Shown here: positions 13,452 to 26,200 of the stretch, piece after piece
Layout: each line of letters starts with the position of its first letter
Position numbering within the stretch: position 1 is the stretch's first letter
Assembly (NCBI GenBank): GCA_965285935.1
Contig: OZ260667.1
Location: 15,810,001 to 15,874,000 of the forward strand
Reading direction: 5' to 3'
DNA: 64,000 nucleotides
From: Ophelia neglecta
Lineage: Eukaryota
The notes under the pieces: generated by a model
Seen by the model: the letters and a program-made list of their open reading frames with translations, nothing else
Told to the model about the DNA's origin: nothing
The model's database searches: none
Made by a program: the position numbers and the translations under genes

Positions 13452-14923
13452 CATGTACAAATTGCAAGATAAAAAATTTGTTTGTAACATGTATACTGCA
13501 AAAAAACAAGCAAATAACAATGAGGCATGCCCAATTAGATACCTGAGTTAAATCTGGTAAGATATTGTTGAGCAGACACTTACATACCTGCACAATGTGT
13601 TGTTAATCAACGAGAAAATGGAGTTTAGATAATGGAGACAGGCAGCATGTTCATGTATGATACTATATACCACTCCAAAAGCCGGTATAATGTGTTTCTA
13701 TATTCCTTTATTTGCAATTTTTACTAGTTAGCCTGACTAAGAAAGACTAGACTTTGTTGCTGTAGCATTGGTATAGTCATATAGTAGGCACCCTCCAGTG
13801 TGACCTCATGGAGCTGGAGTTGGTTGCAGCCAAATTCAGTTATTTTAGTTATGAATAGACTACCAATTAGCAAATAAGGAGGTAAACATTGTTCCAAGGA
13901 ATACACTTTGGTGGTGCCCAATTCTTGGGGAGTTAAAGCTTCTTTAAAACAGGCATTCCTGCTTGCAAACATATTCTTAAACCCCTAATTCATAGTTGGC
14001 AAACATGCCATATAAAAATGTAAAATAGAATTAAGTGATTTATTAAATTGAAAAAACTATATGGACCTACATGTAGTATGGACTGATACAACATCTACCT
14101 TAGGGGAGGTTAGTGGGGTGGGCTTAATGCTCAGTTTGAAAAATAAGCAAATCTCAAATAAAGGACATCTAAAATTTGCATTGGTCATGTTATATAGACA
14201 AATCTATTTCCTGCATCCTGTTAAATTGAAACAGTGAATCCCCAGTCATAAGAAATTAAACAGAAAATTCCCTAGTCTCAGTAGGCTTACATTCCCAGAC
14301 CAGGGACAATGAAAAGCCTGAATCCGAGGATCAGAAATACCTTAAACCCCCTGGCTACCTGTATCCTGCTCTGTATGCCCTATGACCTTGCAACTTGTAT
14401 ATGTGAAAATAACATTGCCTAAATAAGCCTCCAGGCCTACCCAGGGCCAATCAGGGGAAGGGCGAGAACATCAAGTGCAGCATATGCAACAGTGAAAACA
14501 GTGACCTGATAAAGCAATGTATAGGCCCAGCAGTCATCTATGTTGTTGACCGTTTTTCTATTGGGGCAGGGGGGGGGGGGGGGGGCTGATTTTCATGTAG
14601 TCACTGACTGTCCATTTTGTCATTGATTACTAGAAAAAAATATTACAATCGTGTTTAAGTCAACCGTTAAAACAGATGTTCAACCCTGACAAAACTTGCA
14701 CATGTACTCAGTGTCATGAACATTATGTTGGTCACTTTAAAATGTTATAGAATACAAACTAGTGACTATATTCATACAGTATATCACAAATGCAAACTGT
14801 CCATGTTTTAATTAAAGCTTGCTATTAGATGAAATCACAAAAATTGACTATTGGAACAAGCTAAAACAAAATTTATAACCTTATAGCAAAAGCTCAAAAA
14901 GGAGCATATAAATTTGGACAGGA

Positions 14924-17086
14924 CTAACTCATATGAAGTGGCTTAACATGATTTTGTGCATTTATAATAACATTTTTGTCAACATTTACTGCTTTCCCCA
15001 ATTTTTTCTTGCTCTCTTTCTTTTTCATATACCGGCTAATTCTTTTCACAGCTATGTTTATCATGAGACTCAGCCAGTAGAGCTGGAAGGCCAGCAACCC
15101 CACACATCCAATAACACACTTTTTTGGTATGGTTAATGGCACCATCCAAACAGGGACATCAGTGTAATTTCCATGTATATAAAACATGTAGGGAAAGACT
15201 AGCACCCTACACACCGTCCACATCAGAATGAGAACTACTCCGTTGACAACATACAGCAGAGTCTCCTCCTTTTTCAACTGAAAAGTAAAGCAAGATTTTC
15301 AGAAGTGCATCAAGCAGTAAAATATGTGTTTAAACCAGGCACAAACATGTGGTATCTAAATATTAATGTGGTAATCAAAGTTATGACTAAGCCTACCCCT
15401 GAAACCAGAACATTTATTTTCCTCTTAAACATTCCCTTTTATTTTCAAATTATTAAATATATACATGTATAATAAGAATAAAACATTATCCTTAAACATA
15501 AATCATATAGGTTAAAGGTGAGTGGAAGCTGCATGACTGGTGTAAAAAACAGTTTGATATCAACACATGATTCATAAATCACTCTACCCAATGTACATTT
15601 CCATCATAAAAAATGGCTGCCCTGCAATTTTCAACAATAATGAATACTGATGCATCCTTGTTCATAATCGTACTGGTCAGGTCTTCATTTTAAGCTTATA
15701 GTTACTATAGTTCAATAATACCTGCACTAGTATGGAGCGAAGTGATATAAATGGCACTGCAAGTTCTATAAGGTAGAAACAGCCAATGTAAAAGTCACCT
15801 GCACCCTGTCGCCAATACTGAAAAATAACTAATGTTGAGGTAAAGGACTGCTTTTTCTCATTTCCCTACACATGCAACATGTACATATGTATATAATAAA
15901 TTGATACTATTTAAATAAGTGACAAATTTAAAGAATAACTTGTTGGTACATTATTGGGAAATAAATACTGCATCCTTTGCCCATGAAATTAAGTTTCCTA
16001 TGTAAAATACTATAAATTAATTTGAATTCTTTTTGACAGTGTACTGTATATTAAAGTTAATATGCTTTTAGTTTCACCTACCATTATAATAGGAAAGTAT
16101 ATGATTGGAAACAGTAGGTGATGGGCCATCATCAGTGGCTGATATTTGACAAAACTGATGACAGCCTGACTAGCTGGAAGATTCTGCACTTGGGGAGTTT
16201 TATGCCAGTAGGTAAGGTACATGGCCCAGGTGTCATAGTAAAAATAAGGCACACCGAAACATGTATATACATCAGTCAACCAATGTCTGAAAGTAACAGG
16301 GAATTGTAAAAATAAGGCACTCTGAAACACGCATATACATCAGGGCATAACAGAAATTAGGAGACAGGCACCATAACTGGTATTTGACAAAAGGTATCTT
16401 AAATTAGTTCTGTCTAAATGGATTTATTTACAAAGCATATATCACAAAATCACAAATATCAAATTCATTACAAATTGGATGAATTCACATTAAATATAAC
16501 CACTTAACCTACCTGTCTTGAATTGGGTGGTTCTGGCAGTTTGTGACTATAATATATCCACTGACTGATGCTATAAATGCCTGTATTGCTGACACCACCC
16601 TATAATAAAGAAACAGAATCATTTACAATATGCCTATGTTCCTTTCTGCTGTATCTGAGAAAGGTACATAGGATGATTTTCTCACTTTTTTGAATGCTGC
16701 AGCCTGGCAGACTGTTCCTGAGGGGCTAAATATAAATAATAATAATTAAAAGTATAATTAAACTTCTTCCCTATAGCTCATACTATACTGCAATATGTCT
16801 TGCCTGATTACAAGCAAAATCGACTGTACTTATAACTATGTCCCAGCTACCGGATTGTCAGTAAGTAGTGAAGGGTCATATGTTAATGCATCTTTGAAAG
16901 TCACACAGTCATATATAGAAACAAAAAGTAGTAAGCATTTTAAGGGGGGCTGACTGAAGGGAATGTCATCATTAAGGTTGCTGTCACTATCTAATGCTGA
17001 GTAAAAGGTGGATTAATGACACAGGCTTGGGGTTAACAAGACTCTCTCTCTGTCTCCATCTGTCTGTCTGTCTGTCTGTCTGTCCA

Positions 17087-17150
<64 letters not shown>

Positions 17151-17494
17151 GCATCTCGTTTTTTTCTTCCGGTCAATATGCACTAGTTTTTTGAGCAGGT
17201 AATTTGGATATAAAGGTAAATAACCTCGTACGTCAGAATGATCCACACATGCCAGAATCCCGACAGGATGTACCCACACCCACATTACCATTTTTAGCCT
17301 GATCGATTGGCCTGAACGTAAACTGCAGAAGACATGAAGAAGGGCTACCTGAGACTGATGACATGGCGATCCGCGACCGACAAAGAGTTGACTTTCTTCT
17401 GTATTTCCAGGATAACGTGAAATAGTGTCGGGAAGAATATGCATCCTAGAATTGTCACAATTGACAGCTGCCAAAAAGAATAAATCAGCTCCAT
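14924..17494 (-). CDS. TLCD3: TLC (TRAM/LAG1/CLN8) domain membrane protein, TLCD3A/B (FAM57)-like, 5 exons, 295 aa
   Basis: Minus-strand exons 17494-17349, 16599-16513, 16286-16082, 15817-15722, 15277-14924; GT-AG, phases consistent, 888 nt. Motifs RVVSAIQAFIAS, RHWLTDVYTCFGVPYFYYDTWAMY, LMMAHH, GDFYIGCFYLIELAVPFISLRSILVQ and CRVLVFPYMFY follow the FAM57 pattern. Confidence 0.9.
17042..17147. repeat. Compound (CTGT)n/(CT)n microsatellite in TLCD3 intron 1
   Basis: Directly visible simple repeat. Confidence 0.95.
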
Positions 17495-17950
17495 GTAAAC
17501 AAATTGTGGTAGTAATGGTAGTTGACATACTAATCGTAGTAGTAACAAAACTAGGTAGTTTTGATGCCACATTTCCGGTCGTGATACAGGGCGCGAGATG
17601 GATCTCGGTATGGACATGAAGGATATCACTTTTGGGTAATGATTTTTTTGAGATTTACAGTCAAACTGTTGATTTTTAGCCAAATTGTTGAATTACAGCC
17701 AAACATAATATATATATGCGATGCCTAGTTTGCGAGCACAAGAGAAATCACCCCTTATATATGATAGGATATTTACAGGGGTTCAGCAAAACAATAGACG
17801 TGTGACTAGCAGACGTGAACATAGCCGAGGACGACTTCGGTAGACGAAGAGAGACAGTCGTGTACGGCTAACGTGAACAATGCAGACGACACCCAATCGT
17901 AACCTCGTTGTGGTCTGCACGTCCTTTAACCTCACAGCCCACTAAAATCA
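17495..17950 (-). promoter_or_regulatory. 5' UTR and CpG-rich promoter region of TLCD3
   Basis: CpG-dense stretch directly upstream of the ATG at 17494; ETS-like ACCGGAAAT on the minus strand near 17571-17579. Confidence 0.5.
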
Positions 17951-18692
17951 CTTCTATTCCTTGATTTCAAAATAACCAGTTTCGAACAAGTGATTGATAT
18001 TTATTTTATTTGCATCCATCCTCACAGAACGGGATTGCAGACGAGACTACAACGGGAGTCTCAAAATTTAAATTTGTATTCGAAAAAATGCTCACACAAT
18101 CTTAGATGTTGTGCTTTTTCCCAAATAAATAAGTTAATGCAAGTGTGTATTGTTTATGAGGAATTTAGTATACACTTAGATCTTTTTCGATTGTTGTTAC
18201 ATTGTGATTTGCGCAACTAACGGATAGTTGACAAAATTCCCCTTCAAAAAGTACTACTACGAACACTGCTACGTTCAAATACTACTACGTTCAAATACTA
18301 CTACTCCTGCTACCACTGTACCAAAAATTGACCAAGGAAACCAAGTTGGTTCGAGTACTGCTTTCTCAATACATGTAGTTTGATTTGATTTCTTATGCAC
18401 TTTTGCCTTATGCATACCCGTTACATGTAGAGCTCGCTTGCGCTCGCTATTAACAGCCAGATTGTTGATTAACAACCAAACTATCGATTTACTGAGATTT
18501 ACAGTCAAACTGAGTAGGCTGTAGCAGGTAACCTACTGGTCACTTTCTGGATATTACAATCACCTGAGGGGCTGCATAATAATGTAGGGGTATATGTTGG
18601 GGATGTCAAACAATACTGACACATATATATAAAGTCAAAGTTGTTTTTGGAGTCTATAGATCAGCATGTAAGGCAACCCTGGGGAGGAAAAG

Positions 18693-18938
18693 CAGGGGTC
18701 TACTCTATTGCTCGAGGTCCCGTAGCACCTCAAATCTGCTTGCAGGCACAAAGGTTTAAGTTACAAACTTCCCGCCAGGCAACTTGCTAAATTTCCCGAA
18801 ATCGCCAATTGCCGGATATCTTGTATATTTTTTATGTACAAATATTTTTGAGACAGTAAGCCTATGGTGTGGGCAAGTAGTTTCCAGGTGCTACTTGCCC
18901 TCAGGGCAAGTGCTGAGAAAAGTGAGTGTAGACCCCTG
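18693..18938. mobile_element. Non-autonomous hAT-like element, 246 bp
   Basis: Perfect 11-bp TIRs CAGGGGTCTAC / GTAGACCCCTG flanked by the direct repeat AAAAG (18688-18692, 18939-18943). Confidence 0.7.
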
Positions 18939-19638
18939 AAAAGAAATAAATTTAGGGAATGGAATTGCCACCCAAAACTCAAATTGAGAAGTCATTGGCC
19001 CCATCTTATGGGACAATATGACAACTATTGACCCCATCTTCTAGCATTGTATGAAAACTATTATTTTAATACAGTGGCCAAATCTTCACGAATTTGATTT
19101 CTAAATACAGCTGAACTCCTTGTGCTAACACAGACTCAAGCACATTGTAAATTTTGATGCTAATTCCATCAATTTTCGTACAAGATGTGCTGAGTCACAT
19201 GATCACGTCATACAAATCTCGCCATCAATGTTAACAGATGTGTGTTTCCAGCCGCCATTGTTTGTCACTCAGTTCAATTATTTTCTTAACAGACAGAAAT
19301 TCTGCTGCATCTATTGAGATACAGAAAATCGATCTAGTGCAATATACAAATTAAAGACCCTGTACTCGGAATTTTCCCACATATAGGCAAAATTTCAAAC
19401 CCTGTTGCTGACAAGTAAGCAAGCTGATAAAACCCAGGCATCAACCTGCATATCATTGAAAATTGATTGCCACATATATGTATGCAGCCTGGATAATCTC
19501 TTGGGGTGTAAGAGTTAATTTTGTCACCACAGTTTGTACTGACAATTAATGCCACTTGAACTTAGTAACACATTAAATAAGTATAAGAAAACTCTTTAAA
19601 ATAAAAACATCTTTAACAAAAAATCAATCAACTGTTCC

Positions 19639-19644
19639 TTTATT
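19639..19644 (-). terminator. Candidate poly(A) signal of the CASP isoform
   Basis: AATAAA on the minus strand followed by T/GT-rich sequence, about 640 nt past the CASP stop. Confidence 0.45.
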
Positions 19645-20283
19645 CACTTAAAATATTTTGATAAAAAGCAATTTTCAATCATCATAAGCAATAATTTTTT
19701 CTTTTCCCTGTACATGTATACACTTATTTCACTAGAGTTACACTGGTGAATCAATTAATTCATTTGTACTAACTACTCTCTGTGTCCAAATACATGGTTT
19801 GACTTGAATATAAGAAAAAAAAATCTCCAAACTTTACTTCTACAAAAACCAAACATTAAATTTTATAATGGATATATATCTTCAAAGATTCACACTTTTT
19901 AATACAATAATTATATGCCTGTTTTACAATAAGAATTAAGGAATGACACCAGTTTCTATCTATACACCCTTTCTTAATCAATATTCCAACTACCTACATG
20001 TATGTTATGTAAACACAATAAAGAGCCAATAATTATGTTAGTTATTTCAATATTACTCAAAATGAAATTATTTGAAGCAGTTTCTCTTTTTATTCAGCTG
20101 TAAAAACTCATTAATGTCAGACACCTTTTTGCCACTAGAAGAACTGCCAGGTGGAGTTTTAAACACATTATTTAGAATGACAACCACATTCATATATTAT
20201 CTGTTACGTCACAGGATTTAATAATGAAATATTTTGCAACATCTTTTATATAATATACATAACAAATATCAGTTTGACTTCAG

Positions 20284-23200
20284 CTATTGATGGCCTGCAT
20301 CAAAGTGGTTATCATGATGAACCTTGGCCATGTGATCTGCAAACCTGTAAACAAAAAAATAAAATAAATAGATATGCCACCAGGAGGTAGATTTTACTTT
20401 AATGACTGCTTTCAACAGATATAAAAATCACATCAAAATATCTCAAAATAAGTGCTTCTTCCCTTTCTAGCCTGGGACTGCACTGTCACTGCAGACCTTT
20501 GACATATTTTTGTGTGTGCTTAAGGACTTTGATGCCCATATTTCTATAACTAATGTAATATAGATAGATAGCACAGTCTTGACACTGAAAATATACAGCT
20601 TCAAGTTTCCCAGGACTAAATGCAACATGAAAAATGGCTACTAGTGGCCGCAAGAGATTTTGAGATAAAATATAGATGAAACAGTGGATGTGAGGAAAAA
20701 CTCCTATACATGGTGGGAGACAAACTCTAACTTATTAAAAGACTTTTATGCATGAAAACCTAGTTCTCAGTACAATGTCATACCTTTGGTGGCATTCGGA
20801 AGCAAGGTCCCGCTTGCACTCTGAGGTGTATGCCAGCTTATAGAGGACAAGGAACACCAGCACATGGAGTATAATAGTGTAGAAAAACACCACAGTCCTT
20901 GCTGCTCGATTTCCCATTATAAAACGACCCTGGAGAACATGGAAATAAAGAAGGTATTCATTAGATTGAAGTCAGTTATTACTGTCTGTATGTATAGTAA
21001 AAGTAAAAGAAGTGCACATGATTAAAAAATACACACCATATACATTCAAATAATAAATAAAAACATAAACATTCATATCATATTTAATAAATAAGTGAAA
21101 AAGTAAGTGCACCAGGCACAAGTTAAACATTCATTAAACTAAAACTTGCAAATCTCAAATCATGACTAAATATGGAAACATAAATTTAGAGGCAAATAAG
21201 ATATGCAATCTATGCTATGAAAATTTACATCAAATCTGTGCACCTTACAAATCTTACTCTTTCACCCACATATTATTTTCATTAATGCAGTCTCCGCAAC
21301 AGATATTTTAGGGGAAAATTAGTTAATTAAAACAAATAATGATAATAATTAATAGTTACAACAAAACCAAAAAAAAACATTCCATATAAATATATATATA
21401 AATTTTGCAAAATAAATAAATAAATATAATGATTGATATTAATCACTGATTAATAGTAATGACAATAAAAAAATTATATATATGAACAGATCACAAGGTG
21501 CAAGGCAGATAAGTTTCATTGCAGTCAAGTGAAAAATATTCTATGTATATTGACATTTGAGATAAAAGGAAACTGTATTTATAACAATGCTTTATTTCTT
21601 ATGTGTATTTGCCAACTGCCAACAATAGCTGTGGTGCACTTTACAATTGTACATGTTCATACCTGATAATACAACACCACACCATTTTGTTCATCTCCCT
21701 CACATCTGCCATGCCTTAAACTGTTAGTATGCATATCATGTGTTCTGTGCTAGGTCAATGTTTACCTTTCTGCTTTTTTCACAAGTAAAATGAGTCTGAA
21801 TAAATTATTGGATTTATCAACAACTTTGTGCAAACTTGTTTTCTGTATTAGTTCTTACTAAATATAAATACATTGCCAGTAGGCCTCATGGTATTCCAGA
21901 GGAAGATAATCTCCCAATGTGTAAATTATTTTGACAAATAAACATGTCTGTGCTTTACACCTGCAATACCACTATACTTAGAAGGTCATTGGTATTGGTC
22001 TTGACTCCTGTAGTTAGAAGACACTGAAGCATTTTTAAGATTGTTCCTTTTTTATCGTTGTCAGACACAATGAAACAGCCTCATCCAGGGCAGGGCAGAG
22101 AACTTCACCTTCGTGGGCCTAAAGACATCAAACTAGATGAGGTATCATCGGGAGCTTGGATCCTAGTCTTTTTCACCCTACCCATAGCAATGGCCTTACT
22201 TTGGAGAGTAGTTGTACCGCTGGTGTTTTGGACCACCCCCGCAGACATGTACACCGAGATCAAATTCTCCCTATCAGGTACTAGCTACTCTCATATAATC
22301 TGTTTTCTTAAGAGTTTTATAAAGTAGCACTGTCAATGAAAAATACTGTATAATTTCATGTAATAATATAGACATGTCGAAAGGGAGGCATGCTTTGGAA
22401 AGTTTAAATAAAGTTAGTGTTCTTTTTGTTTTTTCAGACATATATGAACACTTGGCTAATCCGTGCCCAGTGCTTATATCAGCAAAAGAGAGAAATTCAA
22501 TTGAGACGGACAGTCTTGATGGAATGGTTCTATCAAGACAACAATTCATGTCCAAACAATCTGAAATAACCCAAACTTTCGGCCTTGTGAAAGTGTCAAA
22601 AGCAATAGGTAATTTTTTCCATTGGGATACAGTCATGAAGATTTTCTTGGGGTTGTTTTATTTAAATATTTATGGCTTAAAAAATGAAAGATTGATACCT
22701 ACAAAATCACCAGGTAGATTAATGTACATTTATATCTATAAAGCCAGCATGGGATTTTAATGTAATTTTATCTTCATTAATTTACAATTTCCTTTCAGCA
22801 AATATGAAAACTACTAGGAAAAATAGGGACTCCAACTTGCAGAAGTTTTTGGAATTATCTGGAAATTCTACTTATTATGAAAGTTGGGTTGGTAACAGGC
22901 CAACAATCAAGATAAGTGATTTACTAGTAAATCGGAGGTCAGATGCATCCAACACAAACATTAAATTTGAAAAATGTTTAGCTGGCTATCTACACCAGAT
23001 AGACAAAACAGTCCTAGAAGTTTTATCTTTGAAACTATCTTCCCTGACTGTAAACAACATGTTTAAAAGAGGAATCATATTAAGTGAATATGCATCAACT
23101 CCTGTTCAGGCCACTCAAGTTACTTCTACAGGAACTTTTCTTCAAATAATGGGAGTAACTGATGTGTACTTAAAGGAGAAACGGAATAACAACCAGGACA

Positions 23201-26200
23201 GCCGTCAACTGATACCATGGACAAAATACAAACTCTCACCAGGTGAATCTTTAGAATTCATTAAACGCATATACATATTAAGTTTTTTCTTATTATAAAG
23301 AAACAAAGAATACTTCTATATAAGACATCTAGTTCTATAGATTACACATTACTGAATGATTTTACATGTAATTGCTTCCTGTTAGTGTCTTAGCACATTG
23401 ATATGGACCACTGGCCGTCAGTGCTCCAGGATCAAGGCATGGCTATACATGGCTACTAGTCAGGAGCCAAACTTACCTCTTGATTTTTATCTTCTAAGTA
23501 GGCACAAAAACCATGCCTTTAAAGATTATCATACATACACATAATGAAAAATAAATCTTTTACCATGCAGGAGATGTTTTGATTTCGTACCCAGGACTTC
23601 AGTTTTGGATGGGAACTCAGTCTACAATATCAGTGTTATTAATAGGTGAACACTCTACAGACACTGATGAGAAGCATTTACCTGGGGAGATATGATAGAG
23701 CTCTACTAGTGACTTGGTGTTTACACACAATCCTTACCATACTAAGTGTGATCTTGTCATAGGCAGTGAGGTTCATATATTTTCTCTGTTTTTCTTTCCT
23801 GTTAAATGAAGAGAATGGATCCAGTCGCTCCTCGTACTGAGAGGAATAACGACTCTCTGCATCCTCAGCATGAGATGTACCCTGGCAGAAAGAGATACAA
23901 ACACCCATGAATGTTCCCACACATTACACAAATGACTACATAGGAAGGTGAATGCTATAGTTATTTACAAAGATAAGTTTATATAGTTTGAATTATTGCC
24001 AATTTTAAAAGAATTGTTGAATTGTGCTTGACAATTTGAGTCTGCCTACATAATCTTATGATGAACTCTTAAAGGACATACCTTAGTTGGATAACTCTGA
24101 AGGAACTTGATTTTCTCATAAAGTTTGACATTGTCTGACCTCAGTTTGTCTATTTCATTTTGTAAAACGATCTGAGTTTGTTGTTGGGCAACATTTTGCT
24201 GTAAAATAGTCATGGTAGCTGAATAATCAATTAAAGAAAGGAATATTACGGTAATCTTATTAATTATCTTTGCCTGAAATGACCTTAATTCAACCAATTA
24301 TGGGCCTCATGTGCCACCAATTTTTTTATTATAATAAACCACATAGAAAATCTATTTTTTTAGCCTGAAGCTTGACCACATCAAGTATACCCACTGCTTC
24401 CAACTCCTGAGCTCTCACTCTAAATCTTTCTCTCTGACTCTGCACTATTGGTAACAAGGAGTCTGCAGCAGATTTCAGTTTTTCATCCGAAGGACTCATT
24501 ACAGCTGAAAGTAAGACACCATTTCACAATACATGTCCTTTTCAAATTTTATTTTATTAAGCATTTGGTTTAATTTAGTTTTTCTACAGACAGCTTAAAT
24601 CAAATGCTAACCTGATGTGTTGGACATGCCTTTAACAGCATCAGCCACAAGCTCTGCACTCTGAGAGGGAGGTCCAGCTTCTCCCTGATTAAAATCTTAA
24701 GAATATTAACACATTCAACAAACAGACAATCTTTAGAAGGTATATAGGTTATCTTCATGTCTGATTATTAGTCTAGTTCCCTGAATAGGTTTTTTTTTTG
24801 TGTACTGCTATTCACCTTGTGGTTAGTAATTGAGTTTGCAAAATTTACCGACTGCTTGTCTATGACAGAGTGTTATCCTAGGCAATGCAAAGCAGTTTTT
24901 CTGTAGATTTCTCTTAAATGAATGTCCTACCTCAGCATCACCTCTGAACAAGGAGGAGAGAGCGTTGACACTACGCAGATCATCTTCCAGCTGGGTGATC
25001 AGGCTCTTCTGCTCTTGGATAGTAGAGAAAGCCTCGTTATAATGCTCTTGTAGAGTGGACAATTGACCTGCAAAATATAACCAAGTTTCTTAAACATAAC
25101 AAACATATTATATCACCATTTGCAGGAAAATTTGATATGCATGTAAACTTACAGAAAAAGGCTGACAAATAATTGCTTAGGTATTATGGTTGATTGGCAC
25201 CATATTTACAGCTATATTAATACCTGTAGAGAAATGAAATGAGCCAATATCCATGTGTGGGTTCACATCATAACTACTAGTATTACTGTCGGCATCCTTA
25301 TTTCGGACTCCATTGGTAGGGCATACTGATCTTTTTATTATCTAGCCATACTACTATCTTCCTTTTCTAATTGAGATATAATACGCAGAATGTTTTAAAG
25401 TGCAAGATGGTTTAGTAGATATGGACTTGCACAAGATATGAAGTAGTTTTCTATGCTTCTATGCTTTCTATGCTCATTTTTTTGCAACGGATTTCTAGGA
25501 ATGTCTTGTAATAACATTATGAAAGTTCAGGAAAGACCACCAGACTAGTCGCAGGCTTAAGGCAATGGGGCAGTTACTCTAACTTCAATTTTGGTATGCT
25601 TCAACTAGTCTCATTGATAAAAGTACACAAGAAAGTCACAAGGCTTGTTAATGAGAATTGATCCTTGACTTATAATGATACATACAGGGGTATGTAACAG
25701 GAAAAATCACTTAGTCTACTAATACATAGAAGGTTGATTGAAGACTCTTTGCCAAGGACTAGGAAGCAAATTTCTTTTAAACTTTGAACCAGAACACCTG
25801 AGTTTATACTGAAGAAAAGTATATCAGGGGATGTATTTGGGGTAATTGTTTTTTTGAGCCCTATAGTTTTGACTTGCATAATGCAATGATATTGGATCAA
25901 AGTCAGTTCCTGAAAAAGTACACACCAATCTATCAGTCAGAATCACCATCTCTCAAAGACGGTTAGACCTATTCTTATGGTTTTGCCTTTTAGCACTAGG
26001 TTACAAATCATGGATCAAATGGCAGTTTTCTTCAGGGCATAACTTAAAGGACAATTTAAATAATATTAATAATTTTTTTTTAATGTCCTTGCTCCAAAAA
26101 TAGATTAAATAATATAATATTTCCTATGTAAGCCAGAACTCTCTATCTGGAAATTAACATATGACATTGGACAATGTATTTTTTTGTAATCTTCTAGACA

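Noticed and set aside
14569-14585. Long G/C homopolymer tracts (also near 1971, 8089, 47532, 58482) as G-quadruplex elements
   Set aside because: They are scattered, often within decayed repeats, and their length is error-prone; nothing in the sequence points to function.
17013-17570. 185-aa minus-strand ORF with an RE repeat
   Set aside because: It is an alternative frame over TLCD3 exon 1 that runs into the (CT)n microsatellite.
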